Shown: one piece after another, positions 28,066-41,270 of the stretch | Layout: the number at the start of each line of letters is the position of its first letter | Numbering within the stretch: the stretch's first letter is position 1 | Source of the DNA: Raillietiella orientalis | Lineage: Eukaryota | DNA: 64,000 nucleotides | Direction: 5' to 3' | Assembly (NCBI GenBank): GCA_036172245.1 | Contig: JAYWIR010000017.1 | Location: forward strand, 3,410,001-3,474,000 | Notes under the pieces: model-generated | Database searches by the model: none | Seen by the model: only the letters and a program-made list of their open reading frames with translations | What the model was told of the DNA's origin: nothing | Translations under genes and position numbers: made by a program

Positions 28066-28593
28066 TCTTTTTTTGAAGCTAACGCACGTTTGGCGCCCTT
28101 TCTTTCAGATCGCAGTACACGGGAAGGCATCAATTCATTTGCTCCACAAATGAGCAGGGCTGCACACGTGGATCTTCAAAGGAAAATCCGAGCAATATTC
28201 GACACCAGCGAAAGGCTCGGATGTCGAGAAGTCAGCATGTCGAGATGTTCATCCTGTCTGCTAATCAGAAAATCAACATGGGAGTCATTGTTTTTGCCTT
28301 TCATCATTTCGGACGTTATCCTTTACCACCATACTTAGGAAGATGCGATGGGTGTTTCGCCATATAATTTAGTAGTCCATAATTTTTAGAGTTCCAAAAC
28401 AAGAATCTCATCCTCGAAAGACAAACGACATTTAATTATGTAGAGATTCTATTTCAAATCTCGATTCTAATGCAAATTGTCAAGAGTTCCGGAACATTCT
28501 CATAAAATTCATGTTCAGGTGTATTTTTGTGTGTGTGTGTGTTTTTTTTAGGAGTCTTGTGTGATCGAAATTTTATCCTATTTTCCTTATCAG

Positions 28594-28825
28594 AGGATTT
28601 CACCTTTGACATTAGCATTAGGTGCATTCTATGGATCTTTCCTGGAGGAATCTCTTCAGATACCTAACATCGACTTTGTCTTCAGGATGACAACCTGGAC
28701 ATTCTGGAATCCTTTGTAGGAAACAAATATCTGTTTCATGTTTCAAGTTATTTGCGGCTTTGGAGACTCTTAGAATCTGGAATACTGGCAATCTATGTCA
28801 ATGAGCTCATTACGTATGTAGGAAT
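28594..28825 (+). pseudogene. Ionotropic receptor/iGluR-like fragment (pore-M3 and S2-end motifs)
   Basis: After a pyrimidine tract and CAG: ALGAFYGSFLEESLQIPNIDFVFRMTTWTFW (cf. YGxxLxQ...P...RxxxxxWW), then a stop. In another frame, WRLLESGIL (cf. RLxESGIL). Confidence 0.35.
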
Positions 28826-28959
28826 CCACAAATATTCTCATCTCCATTGCTAATCATCTTATTTGGATGGATGGATGACTCGATTCATCGGAGTTCGTAT
28901 CTGAAGTACTGCACTCGGAAAATGAGCATTCGTCTCTTGTGATACCCATGTACCTTCTA

Positions 28960-29370
28960 TCTTCCTCGATCAGGGATGCGATAGCTACCTGTGGATTGCG
29001 AAACGCACAGCAATCCATGAAAACGATCCAGTAGCATCCCTTTCCGAGTATCCTTCCAGTTTGTTTGTTTGGAAATGAGACAGGGCAAACAACGCTGTCA
29101 CTGCTGAAACATGAAATTAAATGAATTATGGGAATCTCTCTAATGGAAACGATGAAAAATGTACACGGTGAAAACGGGTTACTCTCGTGACGAATGGCAT
29201 CATGTGTTGAGGAGACAGCGAATTCCAGACGACGTGTGTTCCTCAGCAAAATAGCTGCAAAAGTCAAAGCTGCGAGTGCAGTTGCCAGGGCGATGTAAAA
29301 GATTGATCAGCAAATTAAAAGATATGTGGAAGGAAGATAAAGAACGCACAAAGCTATGATCCGTCCTGCT
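28960..29370 (-). pseudogene. Second ionotropic-receptor-like membrane fragment, opposite strand
   Basis: Hydrophobic IFYIALATALAALTFAAILL, followed by FPNKQTGRILGKGCYWIVFM...IASL (cf. PxSxSGRIxxxxWW...LxAxL). There is an in-frame stop upstream. Confidence 0.3.
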
Positions 29371-31689
29371 TTAAAACTGGATGAAGGATTGAACAGCATC
29401 CAACAACAAAAGCCTTTCCGCGGACACCACAGCTGAGCGTCTCAATGCGGAGGCCTCTTACCCCATGTACATGATCTTCCATGATGCAAATTCAGCTGCA
29501 TTTAAATCCATGGCACCTGAGTCCATGTCTCATGATCAATGAAATTACGTGAAATGAGCTCGAGGATCAGTTCTTGGATTTCTCAGTGATCCAATGTGCA
29601 CCGTGATCCGTGAGCTAACAGATGCTCTTATTGCTGTTGTTGATGCTTATTGTGGGATGGTTGGCTCGTTTTGCTGTGTGTTACAGCAAATGCGCTTAAT
29701 AGCTAAATTGCTGGCTTAAGGGGGGGAACCTCCATCAGAAGAAGTGCTGCGGACTGAAGTGATGCGTGCTTCGTGTTTGAACCAGTGGACCATTTGAGTA
29801 CGGGTCGGTCCGCACAAAGAAATGAAGCGATAGGGAAAGAGCCAAAAAGAAAAAACGACTCTGCATTTCAAAATCACAAAGTCCGCAATGAAATTCTGCT
29901 GTACAGTTGATAAAATATTTGAGATTCGGCCCGATGGCGAGTTTAAATCTGCATTTGGTAGGTTAGCATTGCTCATAGCAGAGTTTGGATTGAGAATCTG
30001 CATCTGGTAAGCTAGCAGTGCTCATCACTAAGTGGTCGGGTCGCAGAGTTGGCGTTGTGGCAAAGGTCGATGAGGTGTGTTTCATGTCACGGGACCCTTG
30101 AGCAAAGACGACGCAGCGCTGTGCTCGCTGATTTATTCTTGATGGATTCGTTGCGATGCAACTCGCCAAGAATCGTGCACCGCTCATTACACGAGGTTGC
30201 AGCGCGATGCAAATGTTTCAAACCATCATCCACACATCCACGTATCGTGTTCTGAAAAGACCTGCTTGTCGGCTCCAAAGTGGACCCGAGAACGCCCGCC
30301 TCCTGAAACGTGAAACCTTGTGAGTCGAAAGATGCATTCGAAAATTTTTTCCCATATGTCTGCTCTCGCTTTTCGAACGTTCCAGAAGCTCTGAAATTAG
30401 GATGACTCTCCGCTGCTGAGTGTGATCTTGCGAGTAAAGCTGCTCCTATCCCCACTCCATAATGGGGCTGTCTCCCAGTGAAAAGCACTATCTTTTATAT
30501 GTATCGCTTTACACCTGAATCAATGATTTTCAGTCTCCTAATCTCGCTGCCCCGAAATTTTTCCCTAATTCTGAACAACTTGGGGCATCTGTGTGGAAAA
30601 GAATACAAGTCTGTGCCACAGCATCAGTGATTTCTATAGTAGCTTCGGACACGGCTGCCTTTGTGATCAACATAATAGCTGAAACAGAAACGCAGATATT
30701 CCCATATTTCCGGTACAGTCTACCGTCCATTGTACCTAAAGCTTCGTCAGGATGCAGCCAGTACGTAAGAAGAGAAGAAACAGAGGGAAAGCACACCAAT
30801 CTAGCTAGGTCTTAAGAGTCCACAATCACGCTCCAAGCTGGCAAAAAATCCTCATTGTCCGTCCACTGCCAACAGTATGGGCAGGTTTTCGGCATGTGCA
30901 GGAGCGAGGACAGGGGGTCGATGGTCCTGCATATGGCGAAAATCGAAAGGAGGAACCGACGGGTGCAGCGGGGCTGCCTCTCTCTATTCAGTTCAGGCAG
31001 GTGGACACTTCACGGAGCACGGAAACACCGTGTTTCGAAACGGTTCGAGCGGAACAGCAAACCGCCTTCCGTCAATACAAATACGATTTGCATCCGCAAG
31101 GATGGAGGGCCGAAGTCCTCCTAATTTCATTTCTCGAGCAAGAAGATTATAAAAACAAACACACGCGAAGGAAAACAAACTTGCAGGCTTGTGCGAAACG
31201 CCCGCTGCAACAATTTGGTTAAGATCCGAACTTTTTAAGAGGCCCAGTTTGGAGAGTTTGCTCCAGTGTCCAAGAAACCCAATCTTTGTGGGCGCATGGG
31301 CGCTTTTCTCTCTATTGTGTGTGCGCGTTTCCTTTTCCCCGTGCCAGCTGGAAACCTCATCTCCTGCGATGAGGGAAGCATTCTCTCCCGAACCGCCTCT
31401 TCTTCCGGAAAGTTTCACCAGGAACGAAGCAGCCGAGTTGCACCGAAGGAAAGGATTGCGGTGTTTCCTTTGCCCGTGTGACATCAAAGAGGAGCCTCTT
31501 TGATGACGATGACGTGGGAGTCGGTGCACGAAACCGGAACCGGGACTCCATGGGAAGCGAGCTGGAAAATTTGCTGAGCAGCCATTCACGGCGACACGGT
31601 GTTTCTTGCTTTGAGAGGATGGGCGGGCCCACTCGGGACATCGCGCGTAGCCTAGGAAACGTCTCTGCTAAGACCACAAACTCAGAGCC

Positions 31690-32170
31690 AAGGGAAATGG
31701 CCTCTTCGCGGCCGTGTCCAACATAATGGGCTTCCCTTTCCCATATACTCCCTCCGCCACCATCCAGCCACACCAACACCATGTAGCTGATCATTGCATT
31801 GCTCGTGCCAGAGGAAACAGTCTTTGCTAGTTTCGGAATCTAACCCAAGACCCTCATGCTTGGACTCCAAAAGAGAAAAGGATCTCTTTCCTGTTCTAAC
31901 ATTTGTTCCTGTTCTTCCCTACTGCCCTGTAATTTGCATTCCATCTTACCGAGTTCTGGAATCGCGATCCCATACAACAGAGCAAGAAAAGAGTTCTTGG
32001 AACAGCAGGCCCGACCTGTACCATGAATCGCCACGGATACACGAAGATTCATTAGTACCAGCTCATCACATCTTTACCATGGAGCTGGAACACGTATGCA
32101 CGAATCATTTCATCTCAGCCAAAATAATCATCGTCGTCCTAACAGAAACAAACATCTCCGAGTGGTGTGG
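31690..32170 (-). mobile_element. Degraded RTE-like LINE 3' remnant
   Basis: Minus-strand order across frameshifts: CLF..DD-MIILAE (cf. LLFADDxxxxAE; ~32140), ALLYG (~31975), NYRAVGKNR...NRKEIL (cf. LRxxxGxxxxDxxxNxxI), RPRRG..PW (cf. RxRGRPxxxW). Confidence 0.35.
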
Positions 32171-35100
32171 TGCTCCATCCGCCTCAGCATCACTTCTCAA
32201 GATCTTAAGATAGTTAACCCAACTCCCATCACATCGTTACGTCTTATAAAGATCACCACCTTTAGCATTCCTATCACCGCACTTTAGAGCATCATTCTCA
32301 GCCTTGTCCCTTCCAGATACCATTTTACATTTCTTGCATAAACCACAGCTTCGGTCGAGGCTTACCCCCTTTGCCATCCCAACCTCTGGTGAGTAACCTT
32401 GGAAGCAGTTGGACTTCTCTTCCTCTATATTCTGGTTGTAGGCGTCTCTTTCCCGAGCCTCATTCAAGAACCAGGTCCTTTGCAACAGGCCCCCGACGCA
32501 TTGATCCCTTTTGCAAACTCTGTACGAGCGTTCACCAATGATGTCACGTATGAATCGCTCCGAACCAGATGGAAAGCCAGCAGATCTTGCAGGGCCGAAA
32601 TTTGGACTCTAGGCAATGACTCTTTTTTTTCTTCCGTATGCCGACGATGAGAACATGTCGCCCCAGGTGCTGCCAGCTGGGCCGAACGGCGAAGCGCCCA
32701 CTTTCCGCTCTTTTAGCGGGCGCGCCCGTGCGGCGGGACGAGACTGGCGGTCGCGGACCACTCCTTCGCCTTCCTCCCCGACTGCTCTGTTTCTGCCCGA
32801 TCTGGCAGCCACACCACCCGTGACCTGGAAGAACTCCACCATCCCGTTCCCTGAGGGGGGCAATCGTCTTTGTTCCCAGTGTGAACGAGGCATGGCAGAT
32901 GGAACCAGAGGCAGCTGCCAGCATTCTCATCCTTCACCAGTGCCATCGGTGGCTCACTGCCGCATCGCACAGTGCGCACATCCTCAAGCTCTCATCCTAC
33001 CTTCTCCTCTTCATCATCTTTTTCCTTCCCTCCTGAGACTACGAGACTTTCGCTCGGACTGAGTTTTCTGGGGAGTGACCAGGAGGCAGGCGTGCGTCAA
33101 GGACGAGAAAACGAATCACAGTCACCTCGGAGCCGTTTCCGGAGAGACCTGACGCGAAAACAGAAAACATTCGCAACATCTCCTCCTTCCTTGAGAGAAG
33201 AGCAGGACTCGTCCCCGGTCGCGCACCCTCTGGCTGGCGAGTTCGGGAGCTCCAGAAAACTACCACGAAGTGGCACACGATCTCCCCTTTCCTTGTTCCT
33301 CTGGAATAGACTGTTCCTCCATCGCAGGTCATGACCACGGGAAGCCGAGGGGAAGATGACCCCTCGTTTCGTCATCTTCCTCTTCTCCTCGTCGGCCGCG
33401 GCCGTCTTCTTTGCAGCGACGAGCTCTCTCTCCGCTCCCCGAGGCCACCCTGGATTGCCGCCACCTTTGTGTTCCCGGCGAGCCTACCTCGCCCGAGGCG
33501 GCGGAAACGCCGTCTCGGGTGCGTTCCCGCTCTCGAGGGAAGTGGGGGGGAGGGAGGTGGTTACCCAACGCTTCCGGGGCCTTGGAGGCTTCGCAGTCCT
33601 TGCGAAGGAGAGGCGGAGGCAGTCGCCCGTGAGGTCCTCAGCCCACGCTCCCGCGTCCTCTCCCCCCCATAGAGAAGACGTCATCGGTGCCTGCAGGGGA
33701 GGGAAGCTAGGGGAAGGGGGGGAAAGAAGCAGTGGGAGAAGTAGACGATCTCTTGGTGCACCTCTACGGAACGAACCAAGGGAAGTCACAGCCCGGCCAG
33801 CAGCCAACACGGGGCGAGAGACATCGCTGCCGGAGTCACCAGTCAGGGGACTCCGTTTCGAGGTGCTCCAAGACACGACAGAGACCACCCACGAATTGAC
33901 CGGGAGTCGCCACCATCCAACGCCGTCGTTCCCGAGATTCCTTCGACCCTCTACGGCCCCAGTGCGCACCGGCCAGACCCTTCCTCCCTACCAGCCTCCT
34001 CCTCTCCCTCGGCCCAGATCCGACCTGCGCCTGACGGGGCCACAGCGAGCCGGCTGGGAGACGAGACGCTCCGATCGCCGAGTTGTCCGCCATCTTGCGC
34101 TCGCCGGGAGCGGATGCTGCAAAACCGCTCGCAGGAAAAAAAGGCAGGGACGAAGGGGGAATTCAGAAGTCGTGCCGCGGGGGTCTTTTCCCTCCCCCTA
34201 CATTTACTTGTCCCTTCCAAGCTTCCGCTGTGCGAAGCCAGCAGCGGACATCCTGAGGGTAGCGGAGGAGCGGGAAGCGCGCCTCTTCCTGGCTGCGAGC
34301 TCGATCCCGGCGGCGTGCCCCTCTCTGGGGACGCGTCGCTCGCGTGACAGGGAGGGGAGAGACCTTTCCCAGTCGCGGACGCACGCCCTACCGCGACGGG
34401 GTGCCTCCGGGAAAGCGCGCGGGAAGATTGAAACGAAGGGCGAAGGCGGTCGTGATCACGGCCTGGGCGGGCGACAAGAGAGGACGGAAGGGTAGGCGGC
34501 GCGCACGCGCAGGAGGCCGCCGCCACCGCTTGCTAGCGCCCAGCAGGTGCGTCGCGGCGTGCGGATGTCCCCTCCCGGGCGCGCGCGAGGTGTGACTGCG
34601 GCGGAGCAGCGGTCTGGCGATACGGAGCCCTCCTTCCATCCTCCTCTTCCTCCTCCTCCTTTCCCTCTTGCTCCTTCCCTCTTCCTGGATTTCCTCCTCG
34701 TCCTCCTCCCCCTCCTCCTCTCTTTTTTTTCGTTTTCTTCACCTGCTCCTCCTCCTCCCTTACCGGACAACCGGAAGGACGCGATCCTGCCTCGAAAGCC
34801 GGCTAATCGCGTGGTGGCATCTTTCCCGAGCGCCCGGCGCGGCCGCACCAGGCAGGAGGCGGGAGAGGAGAAGATGGCGGACTGCCGCCGGCGCCTCCGC
34901 CGCTCGCCCGTTGCTCTCAACCCTTTTTCCCCCGAGGGGGCTCAGTGAGCGTCCGGAGCGCTCCGCCCCTCCTCGTCCCCTGGGCGCGCGCGTCTCCCGG
35001 AAGCGGATGCGCCGGAGGTCGCGGAGGCGCCAGGGGCTGCGGTTGCCCCGAGCCCCTGAGCATCGGAGGAGGGGAAAGGGGGGGGAGGAGGGAAGGAAGA

Positions 35101-37410
35101 CGGGAGCGCGGGGAAGTGGGCGGGGCGGGGCGGGACGAAGAGGGCGCTCTGCATCCCTCCCTCCTCGAAGGTCGAGCGCGCTGGTTCACCCCGGAAGTTC
35201 CTCCATTTCCAACCCCCCCCCCCCCGGCATCGGCGGCGGCTGCTGCATCTTCCGGCCTGTGTAGCCAGGGGGCGGTGAATCCCGGACTCTCGATGACCCT
35301 GCAGCACATGACCGGCGGCGGCGCGCGCCCTCTGCGAAAGCTCTCTTAGCTTCGCGCTCCTCCACGCTTCGGTTTGCTGTCAACGCTTCCGCAGGGCTCG
35401 TTCCTACGCGGGCGGACGCCCCTCGCGTTCAAATCTCGGTCCCAGGCGTCCGGCGGGGGGTGCTTCAAAGAGCAGGAAAATGGAAAAGTAGGGGAGTTAA
35501 GCGGAGCGGACGGCGTGGCCTGCACATGTGTGGGAGTGCGGGGGGAGGGATTGGAAGTGGAGGCGACCACGAAAGGCACGCAGCCGCTCCCGCCTGACTG
35601 CTTAGAGGAAAGGGGAGAACGAGTGTCGCGCCCTCTCCCAAGAGACGGCTACCAGCGGCTTCCCGGGGGGAGGGGGAGGGGAAACGCTTTCCTTCCTCCT
35701 TCCTTCTCTTCTGGGTGGAGGGGAGCTCCTTCGGAGCCGCATTGCGTCGGTGCTGCCCTCTTGCAGCAGTTCGCCAGACTCGTCGGCTACCGGGTAATCG
35801 CAGCCCCTTCCCAGGACGCCCACTTGCTCGCCCCCTTCAGTCCTGTTCCGTTCCCCCTCCGGCCTTCAGAGGCCCCTCGCCTGACTTGCCCTTTTCTCCT
35901 CCCCCAGCCTCCTGGGCTGCGGGTATCCCGGCAGAGCCCGGGAAGTCGCCTTGACCGCACCCACTTCAGGACACCGCAGTGCTCGCCGGTGGTGAAGCGA
36001 GAGTGAGGAGGATCAGGGAGAGATGAGTGGGGGAAGAGGACCTTATTCGTCGGGTGCACCCGCGGGACGACTAGACTCGAGGCGGTAGGTAGCGCCGCGG
36101 TCTTTGCGTACCGTTTCTTTGGCTCATGGCCAAGTCAGAGGCGATGGACGCGGTCCGATTTGACTCGATCCCTGACCCCTCCTTTCCCGTTGCCGGGGAA
36201 ACGGTCGTCGCAGAGCTGCTCTCAGGAGTCCGCGCGCCGCTGTGCCAAGACCCGCCTGTCTCGCTTGCTCGTGCGCGCACCACCACTGGCCGCGCACGCG
36301 CGAGGGAACGCTCCGCGGAACGAGCGGACGCGGGAAGGTGGCGCACGCGCAATTCCCCTTCTCTCCTCCTCCCTCCCGCGAGCCTTCTCGAGAAGGAAGA
36401 CGCGAGGTGCGGAACCTGAAGGATGACGACGGTCCAGCTGCATCACCCCGGAATCCCCGTCGTCGCTGCCACCGCGGACGCTGGCGATGTTCACCGCCGC
36501 AAGCCCTGTGATCGCGGCGCAAGGAGAGGATCCCTGGCAACCACTCGCGCGCATGCCCCCCTCTTCCCTTCGTTTTCTTACTCCCTCTCTTCCCCTCTTC
36601 CTCGTCGAAGTTTCCCTTCGTCACCCAAGGCTTGTTGGAGTTTCCTGGGAGAGGACGGGAGGGAGTAGGCGCGCTCGCGGTTGAGCATCCTCTCACGCCG
36701 TTTCTCACGCCCGTTGCTCCTCCTCGGGAAGGAAAGGAGGATGAAGACGCCAAGGCGAAAGCCACGCACTCCCCCCGCAGATCGAGGGCCGGCGTGGTGG
36801 AGAAGGAAGCGATCCGCGTGACCGGCTGCCGACGGAGGAGCAAATGGACCAGAAATCCTGGAGTGGAATCGGAGAGGGAGAGATAGAAAAAGAGGAGCTT
36901 CATCGGGAGCAGAAGAGATGAGAAGTGGCGAGTTGAGGATGCTGGGCGGCGACGGGAGAGACACGCGGCTGCTCAGCATCATCGGGGAAGGAGGGGAGAG
37001 GGAGATGCTTCTTCCCTCCTCTCGAGAAGAGGGGCGGGATGCATGCATCCTGGATGATTGGCCGGGAGAAAGGGGAGCTGTCGGAGATGACGTCGCGGGA
37101 TGGATCTCTTCCGGAGGAGGGGGGGAAGAAGGAGGAGAACTGGGCGCGCGCTCGTCATCTCCAAACTCTGCAGCTGATCGATCCTCGTCGCCTGGACTGC
37201 CCAAGGAAGGGACAGGCCGAAGCCGAAGGAAGAGGAAATCTCCGCAAGATACGGTTACCGCGGCGACGAAGAGGGAAGATTCCTTGAAAGCGCCGAGCTT
37301 CCCAGAACCCCGCTGACGGACGGAGTCCTCGGAGGACGTCGCAATTGACGCGTGCATCGCTCGCCCGAGAGTGCACGAGCAATGTCACCATCGCCGCAGG
37401 AGAAAGAGGG

Positions 37411-37869
37411 ATGCCGGCAGCTCCTGGGCTTCTCCTCTGCCTGGCTTCCTGTTTCCTGACGACACAGGTCGAGGAAACAGGTGACGAGGTGATCATCCTC
37501 CTTTTTTCTTCATTTTTTTCAACTTTCTTCCTTCCTGCTCCCTCATCTCTCCTCCTCCTCTCCTTCTAGTCTCTTCCTCCTCCATTCCTCCTCTCCTCCT
37601 CCTCCTCTTCCTTCTATTTCTCCTTCCTCCTCTCTCTTCGTCTTTCCTTCCTCCCTTTCTCCTCCTCCTCTTCTTTTCCTCTCCCTTCTTCCAGGAATGG
37701 TTCCAGAAGCCATCGAGAAAGAAACCGAGCAGTTCTATCTTCCCTGCCGACCCTCGCTTCCCCTGAATCTCCACCAACGTCCAGGTTGTGCGGCGCTCCG
37801 CGGGAGGTGGAGACATGGAGTGGAGCTGTGGCACATCCGGCAGACGGATCTCATGCAGCAGCAGCCTTC
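37411..37869 (+). other. Candidate two-exon gene fragment (signal-peptide-like exon 37411-37480, intron 37481-37694, exon 37695-37869)
   Basis: ATG...MPAAPGLLLCLASCFLTTQVEET, donor AG|GTGACG, ~200-nt pyrimidine tract ending TTCCAG. The spliced frame stays open (GMVPEAIEKETEQFYLPCRPSLP...) up to a consensus GTGAGT donor at 37870. Confidence 0.35.
37495..37692. repeat. ~200-bp polypyrimidine (CCT/CTT) tract
   Basis: Almost exclusively C and T on the + strand; read directly. Confidence 0.9.
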
Positions 37870-38187
37870 GTGAGTAGGAGGTGAGCGAACCGGGGAAGGA
37901 GAGGGAGAAAAAGAAGCCCCTGAACTAATCCATTTCACCTTCCCCCCCCCCTCCTACACGCACACGCACGCACCCGTGCCCCTCTTTCCTCTTCCGCTCT
38001 GTTGCGTGCTACTCTTCCCTGTCGCCAATGCGCGGGTGGCACCGCGAGTCTGCTCGCAAGTGACGGCGGCAGCGGCAACGGCTGTGACAATCACGACGAT
38101 GACCGCGTGACGTGGCAGTAATGCCGGCAGCCCGCCCCACTCCGGCCCGCCGCGGAGACGGCTGCTGTCTCCGCGGCGGGATCTGCT

Positions 38188-38360
38188 CCAGGATCTTCTT
38201 CAGCCAGTCCAGTCACGAAGCGCGGCGGAGGTACGTGCCGGGTCCGAAGAGAAGCGAGGGCCTGGAAGGAGGCGGCTCGCGCCGGCACGGAAGAGCAAAT
38301 GTCGTCTCCAGCCGCCGTCGGATGCTGCAGCGAGTTGCCCCTCCGAGGAGGAAGTCTCGG
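38188..38360 (-). pseudogene. Trypsin-like serine protease C-terminal fragment
   Basis: GPGTYLRRAS*LDWLKKIL resembles PGVYTRVSxYLDWIK. It is preceded by SDGGW and a corrupted GAC...GGAGGG segment where DSGGP would lie. Confidence 0.3.
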
Positions 38361-40259
38361 TACTCGTCGAACCTCGGAGAGCGACCTCGGATGAGCCTTT
38401 TGTGTGTTTTTTCCTTTCCTTCTTTTCCGCTCTCCTTTTTCCTTTGGATGAAGCCCACGTAGCGCACGGCGATAACATCGGAAGGAAAATAGGGAACGGT
38501 TACGACAGAGCGCGCGGTCCTCCCTCCGCGCCCGCATCGAGGAAGTGCGTTGGCAGCATCCGTACCTCAAAATCATCGATGCCGGGGGATGATTGCGCCC
38601 GAAGTGGCAACGCTGGAAGTAGCGCGCGCGGACGGATGGGCGGTACGGGGAGTGGGAAGGGGGCGTGAGCCTTTTTCGCGCATCCCTCCCGGAGTCCCCC
38701 GAACTCGCAAGGAAGGAAGACAAACGGGCCATCCGCAGACCTCGGCAGCGACTCTCCTCGCAGCCAGCCGCGGCAGGGAGAGTGCGTCGTTCGATGGGCG
38801 CACTCGCGTCGCGCCTTGTCGTTCTGGGCGACAGGAAAAGCCGTCCTGTCAACCCTCGGGTAAGGTTGGGAGTACAAGAATAGAAGAGGGTCATATCCCG
38901 GGAAAACGACCGTCTCCGTGCTCTGCCTTCTTCCCGTTCGGTGCTGCAACTCTTCCTTCTGTTCGCTTTGGTGGAGGGTGGTTCCGCCGCTAGCAATTCC
39001 TCCCCCCCCCGGGAGGATTGCTTCCGTTTCCAGGAGCCGTGGAAGCTCCGATCCCGCGCGCTCCAGCGCTCCTCCTCACCTCTCCTCTGCTCCTTTCCCT
39101 CTTCCTCTCCTCCTCTTCCTCCTCTCTTTCTCTCCGCCTTTTCTCAGGGGTGCACTAGAGTCTTTGAGGTTCGAAAATGCTGCCGCACACATGAGGAATT
39201 CGACCGTTGCTGCGGACCGCGCTGCACCAGGCTCTCATCAGAGGATGCCACGGGCCCCTCCCGGTCTCTCCTTCCAACTCTGAAAAAAAGAAAAAGCTCT
39301 TCCCTTGGCCGGAAGGGAGAGGAAAGAAATGCAAGGGTTTCCTTGTTGCCAGCGCTCCTGGCTTTCGGGATCCCGATGGAGCAAGAGTCGATGGGTCGCC
39401 TCCCCCGGACGACGAAAGGGAGAAAGGGCGAGGGCGACGGGCACCTCCGTTAGAGTCGGCATTGGCAATCCTTGCACGCAGTCCTCCCCTTCCGGAGGAA
39501 CTTTCGCGGCCTCGGTAGCGAGGGCATCTCCTCTAAGCTGGCGGAGATCGCGGAGATGTGTGAGGAACGCGGAGGCACCGCGACGGTCTGCTCCAAAAGG
39601 CATCCCTGGAGCATCATCGCTTAGCCTTCCGAGAACACCTTTCAGGCATCCTTGGCGCCATGAAGGTGCATTCATGATTGCGGGCCAAGAAGAAAGATGA
39701 CTCCTGGGAGGGAGGAACGAGCGGTCGTCTCGCAGATCGGAGTCGCGCGCCTAGCATAACGAAAGTCGGTGACACGGGCGATCACCTCCAGCTTATTGGT
39801 GGGCAGGGAAACAAGAAATGGGTGCGAATGGATCGGAAAAAGTTAGTGGATACCCTGGCAGGGGACTACACCAGAAAGTCTCTGAAGGAGGGTTCCTTAT
39901 TCTTTCTGGAGGGATGGCTCCCTTCAAGGAGGACACTCCTCATTTGTTCTCCGGTCTCCCCTCGACCGCGCCATGGCGGCAACCTCCTGCCGCCCTTCCC
40001 ACCGGGCTGACCTCGATATCACCCTTCCCATCCAGCTCGGGAGCAGCCAGTCACACGAATCCAGACGTCTCTGCGCCTCGCATCCCCTCAATCACGCGCG
40101 CTCGTGCCAGGCCAAACGGTTCGCCAAGCGCGGAAGAAAACTGCCCACCCCCTTAGAGGGGGTTCAACAGAGTTCTTTGGCACTATCCACGCCACACGAA
40201 GGCGCATGCCACTCTTCAAGTTATGGGGGGCAGCCCCAGTGGTATCACCCCGTGAATGC

Positions 40260-41052
40260 AGGAAGGATTCCGGAAGAGTAAAGAATCCCTTCTTCTCTCA
40301 CTTTCGGAAACGGAGCCTCGAAACCTCTTCTATATCCCCTCCAGAGGGATCTCCTGGTTCGTGGGGGTGGGTCTTCGTTTCTTCTCCGATTCCTACCCGG
40401 ACGCGCCTGGACGTTTCTTGAAATCGCAAAGAAACTCACAAGTTGTGGTAGGACCCACGTGGTCTGTCCGATCACACTCCGTTCGTCCGCAGACATGCTG
40501 GGTCGCCATTAAGCGGACCGGCGGGAGTTGCCTCGGCAGTGGAGGGGAAGAGGAGAAAACAAGAAGAAAAATAAAACAGTAAATAAGAATAAATAAAAAT
40601 CTCTGGGGGGGTCGGGAAGAGATCCACTGGAGCGAGTCCTCTGCATCCTTTCCAGGATACCAGCCGGGTTCATTCGAATGGGTCCCGGGTGGAGCCTTCT
40701 GGCCGCTATCCGCGGAAAACGAACTGCCAGCTGGACGGTGTCCCTCTCGTTTCTTTTCCGAAGAGAGCCCGGAGAGGGTCCGCTCCTGGGATTTCCTTTC
40801 TGGAGGGAACCCGGAAAACCTCGTTTCCTCCTCTAAAGGGAGCCTCGAAGGGACGCTTCCCAATTTTCTCTGAAGGGTCGCTCCCCGAAGGGAGCAGCAC
40901 ACTTCATGGACTTCAGAGAGGCAGCCTTACGCATCCTAAACCTGTGGACCAATTGACGTCACCTTGCGGGGGAGGGGGACTCGAAACCCACGATTCACCC
41001 ATTTTTCTCGAACCCGCAACGCTCAGCACCACGCTCTAAGGCAGCAGCCACG
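40260..41052 (-). repeat. Repeat family copy 1 (head ~41052-40945, body ~40945-40700 and ~40420-40260)
   Basis: Reverse complement: head GCGTTGCGGGTTCGAG...TCGTGGGTTTCGAGTCCCCCTCCCCCGCAAGGTGAC. The body GCTGCTCCCTTCGGGGAGCGACCCTTCAGAGAAAATTGGGAAGCGTCCC matches 48060-48107. Confidence 0.8.
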
Positions 41053-41270
41053 TGACCAGCAGCGCAAACGGAGGCACATCCGTGGTTGCGGGACGAGAAG
41101 TGAGAACGCTCTTGGATATGAGGAACGAGAGGTCATCACGCGGATCGGAACCGTGTTTCGCTGACCAAAACTCTATGATACAGCCGGCTCATCGTCAAGC
41201 ATGGAAACGAGAAATGAGTACGAATGGACCGGAAGAAAGATTGTTGTCATGATTGATCATTGGATTGTTG

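Larger units (their letters stand above)
32600..39200. other. GC/CpG-rich low-complexity block with purine and pyrimidine tracts
   Basis: Visibly dense in CG and GCGC, with CCT/GGA runs (e.g. 34630-34760, 39065-39140). It explains the many overlapping Arg/Pro/Gly-rich ORFs on both strands. Confidence 0.8.

Noticed and set aside
33356..37357. ORFs of 379, 259 and 210 aa
   Set aside because: No domain signal; composition mirrors the GC-rich and CCT/GGA low-complexity sequence.
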